Positions 26,630-35,273 of a stretch of DNA of 64,000 bases are shown here, in pieces (position 1 is the stretch's first letter; every line of letters begins with the position of its first letter). The stretch spans positions 763 through 64,762 of the forward strand of contig CAUZHS010000003.1 of the NCBI GenBank assembly GCA_963579845.1, in the 5' to 3' direction. The notes below the pieces were generated by a model, which saw only the letters and a list, made by a program, of their open reading frames with translations, was not told where the DNA came from and searched no databases. The position numbers were made by a program, and so were the translations under genes. Origin of the DNA: Dehalococcoidia bacterium (GTDB lineage: Bacteria; Chloroflexota; Dehalococcoidia; Lucifugimonadales; Australimonadaceae).

Positions 26630-27262
26630 ATGACAAACGATAATACTTCCCTCACTCAGATTACCGCCGACGCTCTGCAGCGCCTCACCGCCAAGCAAGC
26701 CGCCCGCGAGGAAGCTCTGCGCCTTTCGAGGGAGGTCATCCGCAACGCTTCCGTTGCCATTCGCGCCGCTCACCGCAACGAGATGGAGCAGGCAAAGGCC
26801 ATGGTCAAAAGTACACGGAAGCTGGTTAAGACCTCTCGGGAGTTGCTCAGCAGCCACCCCGACCTTTATTTCATGGGCTTCACGCAGGACGCTCAGAAGG
26901 AATATGTTGAGGCGGAGGCGGTCTGCGCCTTCATTACGGATATGCCACTGCCTGGCCCCGATAGCTTGGGCGTGGAGGTCGCACCCTATCTGAACGGATT
27001 GGCGGAGGCGGCAAGTGAGCTGCGGCGGTACATTCTCGACCTTCTGCGCCGCGACGAAGACGCCCGGTGCGAGGAACTCATGGCGAAGATGGACGAGGTC
27101 TACAGCATGATGTTGGTGATGGACTTTCCTGACGGGGTTACGGGAGGTCTACGGCGCACCACGGATGCTCTGCGTGCCGTGCTGGAGCGTACCCGGGGCG
27201 ACCTGACACTGCTGCTTCGCCAGCGGCGTCTCGAGCGTCGGCTGGCCGAGCAAGAGAAATAA
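26630..27262 (+). CDS. Translin-family protein
   Basis: All-helical 210-aa protein. VEVAPYLNGLAEAASELRRYILDLLRR...LRRTTDALRAVLERTRGDLTL fits the translin (PF01997) core pattern as I recall it (YL.G..D..GEL.R ... LR.K.D..R...E.TRGD). Confidence 0.55.
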   Translation: MTNDNTSLTQITADALQRLTAKQAAREEALRLSREVIRNASVAIRAAHRNEMEQAKAMVKSTRKLVKTSRELLSSHPDLYFMGFTQDAQKEYVEAEAVCAFITDMPLPGPDSLGVEVAPYLNGLAEAASELRRYILDLLRRDEDARCEELMAKMDEVYSMMLVMDFPDGVTGGLRRTTDALRAVLERTRGDLTLLLRQRRLERRLAEQEK

Positions 27263-27449
27263 CCAAGGACCCGTTCCGGACCTACTTGCGGTGGCCCCAG
27301 ACCCCCCCTATGTGCCAACATGGACACGGCACGCCGTTGCGATGGCTTGCCCTTGACCCCCATATGGGCTCCAACGCCCTGACATGCAGGCTTCGTCTAA
27401 GCTCCACCGCCGGTTCTCGGGATGATAGGTTCAGGACGTGTCCTGGTGG

Positions 27450-27479
27450 TTGTGCAAGGGGGGTGATCGGTGGTAGAAT
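27450..27479 (+). promoter_or_regulatory. Candidate promoter TTGTGC-18 nt-TGgTAGAAT upstream of hppA
   Basis: Extended -10 TGGTAGAAT at 27471-27479; -35-like TTGTGC at 27450-27455. Confidence 0.35.
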
Positions 27480-27512
27480 TTTACGCTGTGAAGCACACCA
27501 GCACCGTGTAGA

Positions 27513-27540
27513 AGCCTGCTCTTAAGCGGGCTCCTTTTTT
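27513..27540 (+). terminator. Terminator-like hairpin plus U-tract in the hppA leader, immediately 5' of the Shine-Dalgarno
   Basis: AGCCTGC-tcttaa-GCGGGCT (7 bp including one G-U pair), followed by CCTTTTTT and then GGAGGA. Either an attenuator or the terminator of the upstream gene. Confidence 0.3.
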
Positions 27541-27551
27541 GGAGGATGAGT

Positions 27552-29630
27552 ATGACCGGCCTGATTTTGGCCATCGTTGCAGGGGTTGTAGCGCTGCTCT
27601 TTGCCGCTGTTCTGGCGTTCCGCGTCTTGAAGGAAGACGAAGGGACTGACCTGATGAAGGAAATCGGTGCTGCAATTCAGGAAGGGGCCAACGCCTTTTT
27701 ACGGCGTGAGTACACCGTGCTCGCGGGGTTCGTGGTCATCGTCTTCGGGATCCTGCTGGTCATGGGTCTCATACGGGACACCCAGGAACTGGCGGTCGCC
27801 TACGCCTATATGGTGGGCGCCATGGCGTCGGCCCTCACGGGGCTGGTGGGCATGCGCATCGCGGTGAAAGCCAACATGCGCACGGCCGCCGCCGCCCGGT
27901 TTCAGCTCAACAAAGCCCTGCGCATCGCCTTTTCCAGCGGTGGTGTCATGGGCATCAGCGTGGTGGGTATTGGCATCCTCGGCGCGGTAATCATGTGGAT
28001 CATCTTCGAGGACCCGAATATTGTGGCGGGCTTCAGCTTTGGGGCCTCCAGCATTGCACTCTTCGCGCGAGTTGGCGGGGGTATCTACACCAAGGCTGCG
28101 GACGTCGGCGGCGACCTGGCCGGTAAGGTGGAGGCGGGAATCCCTGAGGACGATCCGCGGAATGCAGCGGTCATCGCCGACAACGTAGGCGATAATGTAG
28201 GCGACGTGGCGGGGATGGGGGCTGATCTGTTCGAGTCCTACGTGGGCTCGATTATCGCAACCCTAGCCCTGGCCGGGAGCGCGGTGGTCGTGGGTGGGAC
28301 GGCGGTGGTGGCGGGCGAAGCCATAGAGAATGCCGGTCGGGAATCGGCTGGCGCCGTGCTCCCCTTCCTGATTGCGGGTGTCGGGATCTTCGCCTCCATC
28401 ATCGGAACTTTCGTTGTCCGCACTAGCGAGCGAGCGGAGGTTGGCAGTCTGCTCTGGGCGCTTCGGCGGGGGATATTCACTGCCGGTATTATCGGACTCG
28501 CGGGCTCGTTTTTGGCCATCTGGTGGCTGTTCACGGTGGAAAACGACCTGGGCATGACGGCGGTCTGGAACGTTTGGGGTGCCGTGGGGGTGGGCCTGGG
28601 TGCCGGAGTGATTATTGGGCTGAGCACCGAATATTTCACCAGCTATGAGTATGGGCCGACCAAGAGCATTGCAAAAAGGTCGCTCACTGGGCCGGCCACG
28701 GTCATTATCAGCGGGTTTGCCACCGGCATGCTCAGCACGGTCGTCCCCTTGGTCATCATCGCGGCTGCGGTGATGGGGGCCCACCAACTGGCGGGCCTCT
28801 ACGGTGTCGCTATCGCTGCGGTGGGAATGCTCTCAACCCTTGGCATCACACTGGCCACCGATGCCTACGGCCCGGTGGCCGACAACGCGGGCGCCATCGC
28901 GGAGCAGGCCCATTTGGGCCCCGAGGTGCGGGAGCGTACCGACGCGCTGGACTCGTTGGGGAATACCACGGCAGCCACGGGCAAGGGCTTCGCTATTGGC
29001 TCCGCCGTCCTGACGGCGTTGGCGCTGATGGCGGCCTACGCCCAGATTGTTGGCCTGGAGGTCATCGACCTGTTGAAGGTATCAACCTTAGTCGGTCTGC
29101 TGTTGGGCGCACTGATGCCTTTCGTCTTCAGCGCACTCACCATGGAGGCGGTGGGCCGTGCTGCTCAGGATATGGTGGAGGAGGTTCGAAGGCAGTTCCG
29201 GGAGATTCCGGGGCTACGTGAGGGCAGGGAAGGTGTGCGCGCCGAGTACGCCAGGTGCGTGGATATCAGCACGAAGGGCGCGCTGCGCCAGATGGTCATT
29301 CCGGGCTTGCTGGCGGTTATTGTGCCCATCGGCGTGGGTCTGACCCCGTTCCTCGGCGCCGAGGCGGTGGGTGGTCTGCTGATTGGTGCCATCTCTTCCG
29401 GTGCGCTGTTGGCGATCACTATGGCCAACTCCGGCGGGGCTTGGGACAACGCGAAGAAGTACGTCGAGGCCGGGAACCTTGGGGGCAAGGGCACGAAGGA
29501 GCATGAGGCAGTGGTGGTCGGTGATACGGTGGGCGACCCTTTCAAGGACACCTCCGGGCCGTCACTGAACATCTTGATTAAGCTGATGTCCATTGTGGCA
29601 GTGGTTTTCGGCACGACCTTCGCTACCTAG
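27552..29630 (+). CDS. hppA: Membrane-bound proton/sodium-translocating pyrophosphatase
   Basis: [55 protein letters not shown], ...[11 protein letters not shown]..., [27 protein letters not shown]. Start at ATG 27552, 5 nt after GGAGGA. Confidence 0.95.
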   Translation: MTGLILAIVAGVVALLFAAVLAFRVLKEDEGTDLMKEIGAAIQEGANAFLRREYTVLAGFVVIVFGILLVMGLIRDTQELAVAYAYMVGAMASALTGLVGMRIAVKANMRTAAAARFQLNKALRIAFSSGGVMGISVVGIGILGAVIMWIIFEDPNIVAGFSFGASSIALFARVGGGIYTKAADVGGDLAGKVEAGIPEDDPRNAAVIADNVGDNVGDVAGMGADLFESYVGSIIATLALAGSAVVVGGTAVVAGEAIENAGRESAGAVLPFLIAGVGIFASIIGTFVVRTSERAEVGSLLWALRRGIFTAGIIGLAGSFLAIWWLFTVENDLGMTAVWNVWGAVGVGLGAGVIIGLSTEYFTSYEYGPTKSIAKRSLTGPATVIISGFATGMLSTVVPLVIIAAAVMGAHQLAGLYGVAIAAVGMLSTLGITLATDAYGPVADNAGAIAEQAHLGPEVRERTDALDSLGNTTAATGKGFAIGSAVLTALALMAAYAQIVGLEVIDLLKVSTLVGLLLGALMPFVFSALTMEAVGRAAQDMVEEVRRQFREIPGLREGREGVRAEYARCVDISTKGALRQMVIPGLLAVIVPIGVGLTPFLGAEAVGGLLIGAISSGALLAITMANSGGAWDNAKKYVEAGNLGGKGTKEHEAVVVGDTVGDPFKDTSGPSLNILIKLMSIVAVVFGTTFAT

Positions 29631-29911
29631 CGAGGGCAGAAGCTGTCCTGCACCCCTAACTTAAAGAACTCGGCGGTTTGGGCCTAGCAGGCTGGTGAGA
29701 TATTGTGGTGTTCAGAGGGTCTAAGCCCCTTTGGTAGGAGTCGTAGGGTGTCCCTCAGATAGTATCCCCTCCCCCTTCCTGGCCAAGAGGGAGGTCAGGG
29801 GGAGGGTCGATAAGGATTTTACACTTCCTGCATGAGCGATTTGCGTGGCTGGGGCGTTGGAGTTCCACTATGTAAGTCCAGGGCGTGTTCTGGTGGTAGG
29901 GTGGGGATGTC

Positions 29912-30487
29912 ATGGTCTTGAGCGATCGCACCATTCATGAGGAACTTAGCAAGGGACGAATCGTCATCGAGCCTCTGGGCGATGGCTGTGTTCAGCCGGC
30001 CAGTGTAGACTTGCATCTCGACCGGCAGATTCTCGTGTTCCGCAACAACCGCCTGCCATACGTCGATGTTCGCGAGACCACTGAGCGCCTCACCGACAAG
30101 GTCATCATCGGCGACAACGATCCGTTCATGCTCCACCCTGGCGAGTTCGTTCTGGGCAGCACGCTGGAGCATGTCGAGGTGCCTAACGATTTGGTGGCGC
30201 GGCTGGAGGGCAAAAGTTCTCTGGGGCGTATCGGTCTGCTGATCCACTCGACGGCGGGCTACGTGGACCCGGGATGGAAGGGGCACCTGACCCTAGAGCT
30301 CAGCAACGTTTCCAACCTCCCCATCACCCTCTACTATCGAATGAAGATAGGCCAGATTTCCTTTTTGCGCCTCACCACACCTGCCGAGCGCCTCTACGGT
30401 GACAAGGAGCTGGGCAGCAAGTACCAGGGCCAGACCGAGCCCACCGCTAGCAAAATGTATGAGGATTATCGGGGCGACAAGGATTAG
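29912..30487 (+). CDS. dcd: dCTP deaminase
   Basis: MVLSDRTIHEELSKGRIVIEP...SVDLHL...GYVDPGWKGHLTLELSN. Confidence 0.9.
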   Translation: MVLSDRTIHEELSKGRIVIEPLGDGCVQPASVDLHLDRQILVFRNNRLPYVDVRETTERLTDKVIIGDNDPFMLHPGEFVLGSTLEHVEVPNDLVARLEGKSSLGRIGLLIHSTAGYVDPGWKGHLTLELSNVSNLPITLYYRMKIGQISFLRLTTPAERLYGDKELGSKYQGQTEPTASKMYEDYRGDKD

Positions 30488-30537
30488 GGAAACCGGGCAG
30501 TCTTGCTTGGCTGGAGTATGGCCCCCATACTAAGCCC

Positions 30538-31623
30538 GTGGAAACCTCGCAGCCCATGCAGCAGGCCCTGGGTTTGGCCCGCAAGGCTTTGGGTAAGGTG
30601 AGTCCCAATCCCGCCGTGGGCGCCGTGCTGGTCAAGGACGGCATAGTCATTGGCCAGGGCTTCACCCAGGCACCTGGCGAAGACCATGCTGAGATTGTTG
30701 CGCTTCAGGTGGCTGGCGAAGCGGCCAGGGGCGCCACCCTCTACGTCACGCTGGAGCCCTGTGCGCACCACGGTCGAACCCCTCCTTGCGTCGATGCAAT
30801 CGTGGATGCGGGCGTGGCCGAGGTGTGCCTTGCCACCATGGACCCCAATCCCAAGACCGACGGAAAGGGCAAGGCGGCCCTGGAGGCGGGAGGAGTGCAG
30901 GTCTTGGTGGGCGACGGCGCAGAGCAGGCCCTGGAGGTCAACGAGACCTTTGCCAAGCACGTGACCACGGGTGAGCCCTTTGTGGTGGCCAAGTTCGCTA
31001 TGAGCCTGGACGGCAAGATCGCCACGGCTACCGGCGAGTCGCGCTGGATAACCGGCGTTATGGCACGGAGGGAGGCCCACCGGCTGCGGGCCGAGTACGA
31101 TGCAGTCATGGTGGGCATCGGCACGGCCCTGGCCGACGACCCGCGGCTGACTGTGCGTGACGTGGACCTGCCGCCGCTGCATCAGCCGTTGCGCGTGGTT
31201 GTCGACAGCCGAGGCAGATTACCAGTCGAGGCTGTCATGCTAGAAGAGGATGGCCAGACGTTGGTGGCTGTTGCCGGTGTGCTGCCTGTGATGCTTCAGG
31301 CCGCGGGTGCGGAGGTGGTGCGGCTGCCCAGCAACGACGGCAGGGTGGACCTGCCGTCGTTGCTAGGGCTTTTGGGCGAACGCGGGATTACGTCAGTGTT
31401 AGTCGAGGGAGGATCTCAACTCCTAGGCTCCTTCTTCGACCTTGGGTTGGTGGACAAGGTGGTCGCCTTTGTGGCCCCGGTGGTTATCGGAGGAGCTGGC
31501 GCTCCAGCGCCCATCGGTGGTGCAGGAGCATTCAACCTGGCAGACGCCCTGCGGCTCCACAGCGTGCGCTACGAGGTCGTGGGCAATGATATGATGGTCG
31601 TGGGGTACCCTCGAGGGGACTAG
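30538..31623 (+). CDS. ribD: Bifunctional riboflavin biosynthesis protein RibD (deaminase/reductase)
   Basis: PNPAVGAVLV..., HAEIVAL, TLEPCAHHGRTPPC zinc site, and a C-terminal RibD_C reductase domain. GTG start (ATG 30556 is possible). Confidence 0.9.
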   Translation: METSQPMQQALGLARKALGKVSPNPAVGAVLVKDGIVIGQGFTQAPGEDHAEIVALQVAGEAARGATLYVTLEPCAHHGRTPPCVDAIVDAGVAEVCLATMDPNPKTDGKGKAALEAGGVQVLVGDGAEQALEVNETFAKHVTTGEPFVVAKFAMSLDGKIATATGESRWITGVMARREAHRLRAEYDAVMVGIGTALADDPRLTVRDVDLPPLHQPLRVVVDSRGRLPVEAVMLEEDGQTLVAVAGVLPVMLQAAGAEVVRLPSNDGRVDLPSLLGLLGERGITSVLVEGGSQLLGSFFDLGLVDKVVAFVAPVVIGGAGAPAPIGGAGAFNLADALRLHSVRYEVVGNDMMVVGYPRGD

Positions 31624-31624
31624 C

Positions 31625-32206
31625 ATGTTTACAGGAATTGTCGAAGAGGTCGGTGTCGTGCGGGAGGCAGTGCCCCATCGGCTGGCAGTCGGCGCCGCCA
31701 AGGTGCTTTCTGACCTGACAGTGAGCGACAGTATCGTCGTCAACGGTGTATGCCTCACCGTGGTTGAGGTGACGGACGGTTCCTTCGCGATGGACCTTTC
31801 GGAAGAGACGCTTCAGCGTACCAACCTGGGTGGCCTGGGGTCAGGAGACCCGGTGAACCTGGAGCGCGCTGTGGCAGTGGGTGCCCGGATGGGGGGACAC
31901 ACCGTGCAAGGCCATGTGGACGGAGTCGGGGAGGTGCTTGAACTCGTGGGGCCGCCTGAATCGCGCATTCTTCGAGTGGCGGCGTCCGAATCGGTGAGCC
32001 GCTATCTGGTAGAGAAGGCCTATATCGCAGTGGACGGCATCAGCCTCACCGTGACGAGCCTTGAAGGGTTGGTCTTCAGCGTCGCCGTGATACCCTATAC
32101 CCTCGCAGAGACGAACCTGCGGGTGCGCAAGTCAGGAGACTTCGTGAACCTGGAGGTCGATATTTTGGCGAAGTATGTGGAGCAGCAGTTCCAGCTCAAG
32201 GAGTGA
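31625..32206 (+). CDS. ribE: Riboflavin synthase (alpha chain)
   Basis: [10 protein letters not shown]...VNGVCLTVV... and a repeated lumazine-binding half ...VDGISLTV. Confidence 0.9.
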   Translation: MFTGIVEEVGVVREAVPHRLAVGAAKVLSDLTVSDSIVVNGVCLTVVEVTDGSFAMDLSEETLQRTNLGGLGSGDPVNLERAVAVGARMGGHTVQGHVDGVGEVLELVGPPESRILRVAASESVSRYLVEKAYIAVDGISLTVTSLEGLVFSVAVIPYTLAETNLRVRKSGDFVNLEVDILAKYVEQQFQLKE

Positions 32207-32213
32207 GCAAAAG

Positions 32214-33446
32214 ATGCCTATGGCGTCGGTAGAGCAGGCCATTGAGGACATCCGCGCCGGTAAGTTCGTCATCATCGTTGATGATGAAGACCGGGAGAAC
32301 GAGGGTGACCTAGCCATGGCAGCCGAATTCGTGACGCCAGAGTCCATTAATTACCTGGCGACGTATGCCCGTGGGCTCATCTGCGTGCCCATGACTGGTC
32401 AGCGACTGAAGGAGCTGGAGCTTGACATGATGGTGTCGCAGAATACCGCCCCGTTATCCACCGCCTTTACCGTCTCCGTGGATTCCTTTAAGGGCACCAC
32501 GGGTATCTCTGCCAGCGACCGCGCGGTCACCGTCCAGGCTCTAGTGGACCCCGAAACGAAACCCAGCGACCTGGCGCGCCCCGGCCACATGTTCCCTCTG
32601 CGCTACGTGGAGGGCGGCGTGCTGGTGCGCGCGGGTCAGACCGAAGCGGTCGTCGATTTGGCCAAGCTGGCCGGGCTTCAGCCCGCTGGAGTGGTCTGCG
32701 AGATGATGAATGATGATGGAACCATGTCCCGTAGACCGCAGCTCGAAGAGTTTGCAACGGCTCAGGGGTTGAATATCGTCAGCGTCGCCGAGATTATCAC
32801 CTATCGTTTTCAGCACGAAGTGATGGTCGAACGGGTGACCGAGGCCCGTTTGCCCGCCAAGCAGGGTGAATTCAAGGTAGTGGCATACCGGTCTGTTGTG
32901 GACCCAGCTGAGCACGTTGCGCTGGTCATGGGCGACGTCACCACGCCGGAACCCGTGTTGGTACGAGTCCACAGCGAGTGCCTCACCGGCGATGTCTTCG
33001 GCAGTCTGCGCTGCGATTGCGGAACCCAGGTGGAAATGGCCTTGGATGCCATTTCCCAGGAGGGACGTGGGGTGTTCCTCTATATGCGTCAAGAAGGCAG
33101 GGGCATCGGCCTGCACAATAAACTCCGTGCCTATGCGCTCCAAGACAGCGGCGCGGACACCGTAGAGGCGAACGCCGAGTTGGGCTTTGCTCCCGACCTA
33201 CGCCACTACGGTATCGGCGCTCAGATATTGGCCGACATTGGCGTGCGCCAGATGCGGTTGCTCACCAACAACCCTCGTAAGGTGGTGGGTCTGGATAGCT
33301 ACGGGTTGGAGCTGGTGGAGCGGGTACCCATCGTGGCGCCGCACAACGCAGAGAACCGCCGTTATCTGGAGACTAAGCGCGACAAGCTGGGACACATCAT
33401 CGACTTCGGCGCGCCCATCGAGCCTCCAGTGAGCCCCGCTTCGTAA
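32214..33446 (+). CDS. ribBA: Bifunctional 3,4-dihydroxy-2-butanone-4-phosphate synthase / GTP cyclohydrolase II
   Basis: [21 protein letters not shown]..., [31 protein letters not shown]. Start at ATG 32214 after AAGGAG. Confidence 0.9.
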   Translation: MPMASVEQAIEDIRAGKFVIIVDDEDRENEGDLAMAAEFVTPESINYLATYARGLICVPMTGQRLKELELDMMVSQNTAPLSTAFTVSVDSFKGTTGISASDRAVTVQALVDPETKPSDLARPGHMFPLRYVEGGVLVRAGQTEAVVDLAKLAGLQPAGVVCEMMNDDGTMSRRPQLEEFATAQGLNIVSVAEIITYRFQHEVMVERVTEARLPAKQGEFKVVAYRSVVDPAEHVALVMGDVTTPEPVLVRVHSECLTGDVFGSLRCDCGTQVEMALDAISQEGRGVFLYMRQEGRGIGLHNKLRAYALQDSGADTVEANAELGFAPDLRHYGIGAQILADIGVRQMRLLTNNPRKVVGLDSYGLELVERVPIVAPHNAENRRYLETKRDKLGHIIDFGAPIEPPVSPAS

Positions 33447-33565
33447 GATACCGGAACGTTTTCCCGCTTCTGCTGAACCCTTCGGTTGAGATGAAGGCAC
33501 GCCTGCCGAAGCACGAAACCGCCGTTTTCCGCTATATCCCAGTGCAACCAACCATCTCCGCGCGT

Positions 33566-33571
33566 TAGAAT
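33566..33571 (+). promoter_or_regulatory. -10 hexamer TAGAAT placed 6 nt upstream of the ribH ATG (internal, leaderless-type promoter)
   Basis: TAGAAT at 33566-33571, agcctc, then ATG 33578. No Shine-Dalgarno. It lies in the 131-nt gap after ribBA. Confidence 0.3.
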
Positions 33572-33577
33572 AGCCTC

Positions 33578-34096
33578 ATGACAAGGGAGTTGAAGTCCGA
33601 CCCGTCCGGCCAGGGCCTTCGGGTTGGTATCATCGCCGCCGAATTCAACGAGTTCGTCACCACCCGGCTCCTCCAAGGCGCTCGGGATACTCTGCGAGAC
33701 CAGGGGGTTCGGGACGAGGATACGACCGTGGCCTGGGTCCCCGGCTCGCTGGAGCTGCCTCAGGCGGCGCTCCTGATGGCCCAGAGCGGCATGTACGATG
33801 CGCTGGTGGTCTTGGGCACCATTATCCGAGGCGAGACGTCGCACTATGACCTTGTGGCTGGCGAATCGACTCGCGGCGTGGCGGAGGTCGCTCGCCAGAC
33901 GGGCGTGCCCGTGGCCTTTGGAGTGCTGACCACCGAAAATATGGAGCAGGCCACAGCCCGGGCTGGGGGTGTCATGGGCAACCGTGGCCGGGACGCGGCC
34001 CTGGCGGCGCTCAAGATGGCCAAGCTGTTCCGGCAGCTGGCCCAGGACGACGCAAAAAGCACTCAGCGCAACCAGGTGAGAAAGGCGGCCCTATGA
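33578..34096 (+). CDS. ribH: 6,7-dimethyl-8-ribityllumazine synthase
   Basis: RVGIIAAEFNEFVTTRLLQGA...VPGSLELP...LGTIIRGETSHYDLV...PVAFGVLT. Confidence 0.9.
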   Translation: MTRELKSDPSGQGLRVGIIAAEFNEFVTTRLLQGARDTLRDQGVRDEDTTVAWVPGSLELPQAALLMAQSGMYDALVVLGTIIRGETSHYDLVAGESTRGVAEVARQTGVPVAFGVLTTENMEQATARAGGVMGNRGRDAALAALKMAKLFRQLAQDDAKSTQRNQVRKAAL

Positions 34097-34548
34097 CGCT
34101 GCTGGAGCGGCTTAACGACGATATGAAAACGGCCATGCGCGCAGGTGACACCCTGAAACGGGATGTCATCCGGTTGATTCGCGCCGCCGTGAAGAACGAG
34201 GAGATTAGCAAGGGCAAGGAGTTGGACGACACCAGCGTGGTGGAGGTCATGGGCCGTATGACCCGCCAGCATCGGGACAGTATCGATGCCTACAGTGAGC
34301 ACAACCGTGGCGACCTAGTGGCCAAGGAAGAGGCTGAGCTGGCCGTGGTGATGCAGTACATGCCTGAGCAGCTCTTACGAGAGCAGATAGCGGAACTTGC
34401 GAAACAGGCGGTCCACGAGACTGGGGCCCAGGGACCAGGGGATAGGGGGAAGGTAATGGGTCGTCTCATGCCTCAGCTCCGGGGCAAGGCCGACGGTAAT
34501 ATGGTCAATGCGGTCGTCGCCGAACTTCTGGAATCCCTGGCGAATTAG
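34093..34548 (+). CDS. GatB/YqeY domain-containing protein
   Basis: LLERLNDDMKTAMRAGDTLKRDVIRLIRAAVKNEEI...; 4-nt overlap with ribH. Confidence 0.85.
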   Translation: MTLLERLNDDMKTAMRAGDTLKRDVIRLIRAAVKNEEISKGKELDDTSVVEVMGRMTRQHRDSIDAYSEHNRGDLVAKEEAELAVVMQYMPEQLLREQIAELAKQAVHETGAQGPGDRGKVMGRLMPQLRGKADGNMVNAVVAELLESLAN

Positions 34549-34566
34549 TCGCTGACGGAGGAAAAT

Positions 34567-35271
34567 GTGCGCTTCGGAATCATCGTCTTTCCCGGTACCT
34601 GGAGTGATACCGACTGCTACCACGCGGTCCGGGACGCTCTGGGCCAGGAGGCCGAGTATATCTTTCACCGAGAGGGTACGGTAGATGGGTTCGACTGCTT
34701 AATCCTGCCGGGTGGCTTTTCCTACGGAGACTACCTCCGGCCCGGTGCCATTGCCCGGTTCTCGCCCGTCATGCCGGCCGTCGTCGATTTTGCCAACCGC
34801 GGCGGGCTTGTCATCGGCATCTGCAACGGGTTCCAGATCCTGTGCGAGTCAGGGCTGCTCCCCGGGGTGCTCATGCGCAATGATCATCTCCAGTTCCGCT
34901 GTCAGGAGGCTGGCCTGCTGGTGGAGAACGCCGCTACGCCTTTCAGCAACCAGGCGCGTCCAGGCGATGTGCTCAACGCTCCGATATCCCACGGCGATGG
35001 TAACTACTTCGCAGACGAGGAAACGCTGGCCAGCCTGGAGGCCAATGGCCAGGTGGTCTTCCGCTACTGCGAGGCCGATGGCTCGGTGACGGCTGATGCG
35101 AACCCTAATGGTTCGATTCGGAACATCGCCGGCATCACCAACGCTGCGGGCAACGTGCTGGGCATGATGCCCCACCCCGAACGCGCGGTGGAAGCGGAGG
35201 TCGGTGGTACCGACGGCCTGGTGATATTCCGCTCGATGCTTCACGCCTTCACCGGCGCGGTGTGGGCTTAG
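34567..35271 (+). CDS. purQ: Phosphoribosylformylglycinamidine synthase, glutaminase subunit PurQ
   Basis: [20 protein letters not shown]...[10 protein letters not shown]...GICNGFQIL...MMPHPER. Confidence 0.9.
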   Translation: MRFGIIVFPGTWSDTDCYHAVRDALGQEAEYIFHREGTVDGFDCLILPGGFSYGDYLRPGAIARFSPVMPAVVDFANRGGLVIGICNGFQILCESGLLPGVLMRNDHLQFRCQEAGLLVENAATPFSNQARPGDVLNAPISHGDGNYFADEETLASLEANGQVVFRYCEADGSVTADANPNGSIRNIAGITNAAGNVLGMMPHPERAVEAEVGGTDGLVIFRSMLHAFTGAVWA

Positions 35272-35273
35272 CG

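Noticed and set aside
29631-30537. FMN riboswitch ahead of the rib operon
   Set aside because: Only 50 nt separate dcd from ribD. Neither that gap nor the region upstream of dcd contains the conserved FMN-element strings (GGGGCAGGGUGAAAUUCCC, GGAUGGGAGA-type).
34093-34566. Expectation of purS upstream of purQ
   Set aside because: The gene in that position is clearly a GatB/YqeY-domain protein rather than PurS. purS is presumably elsewhere, and this is not considered anomalous enough for a finding.
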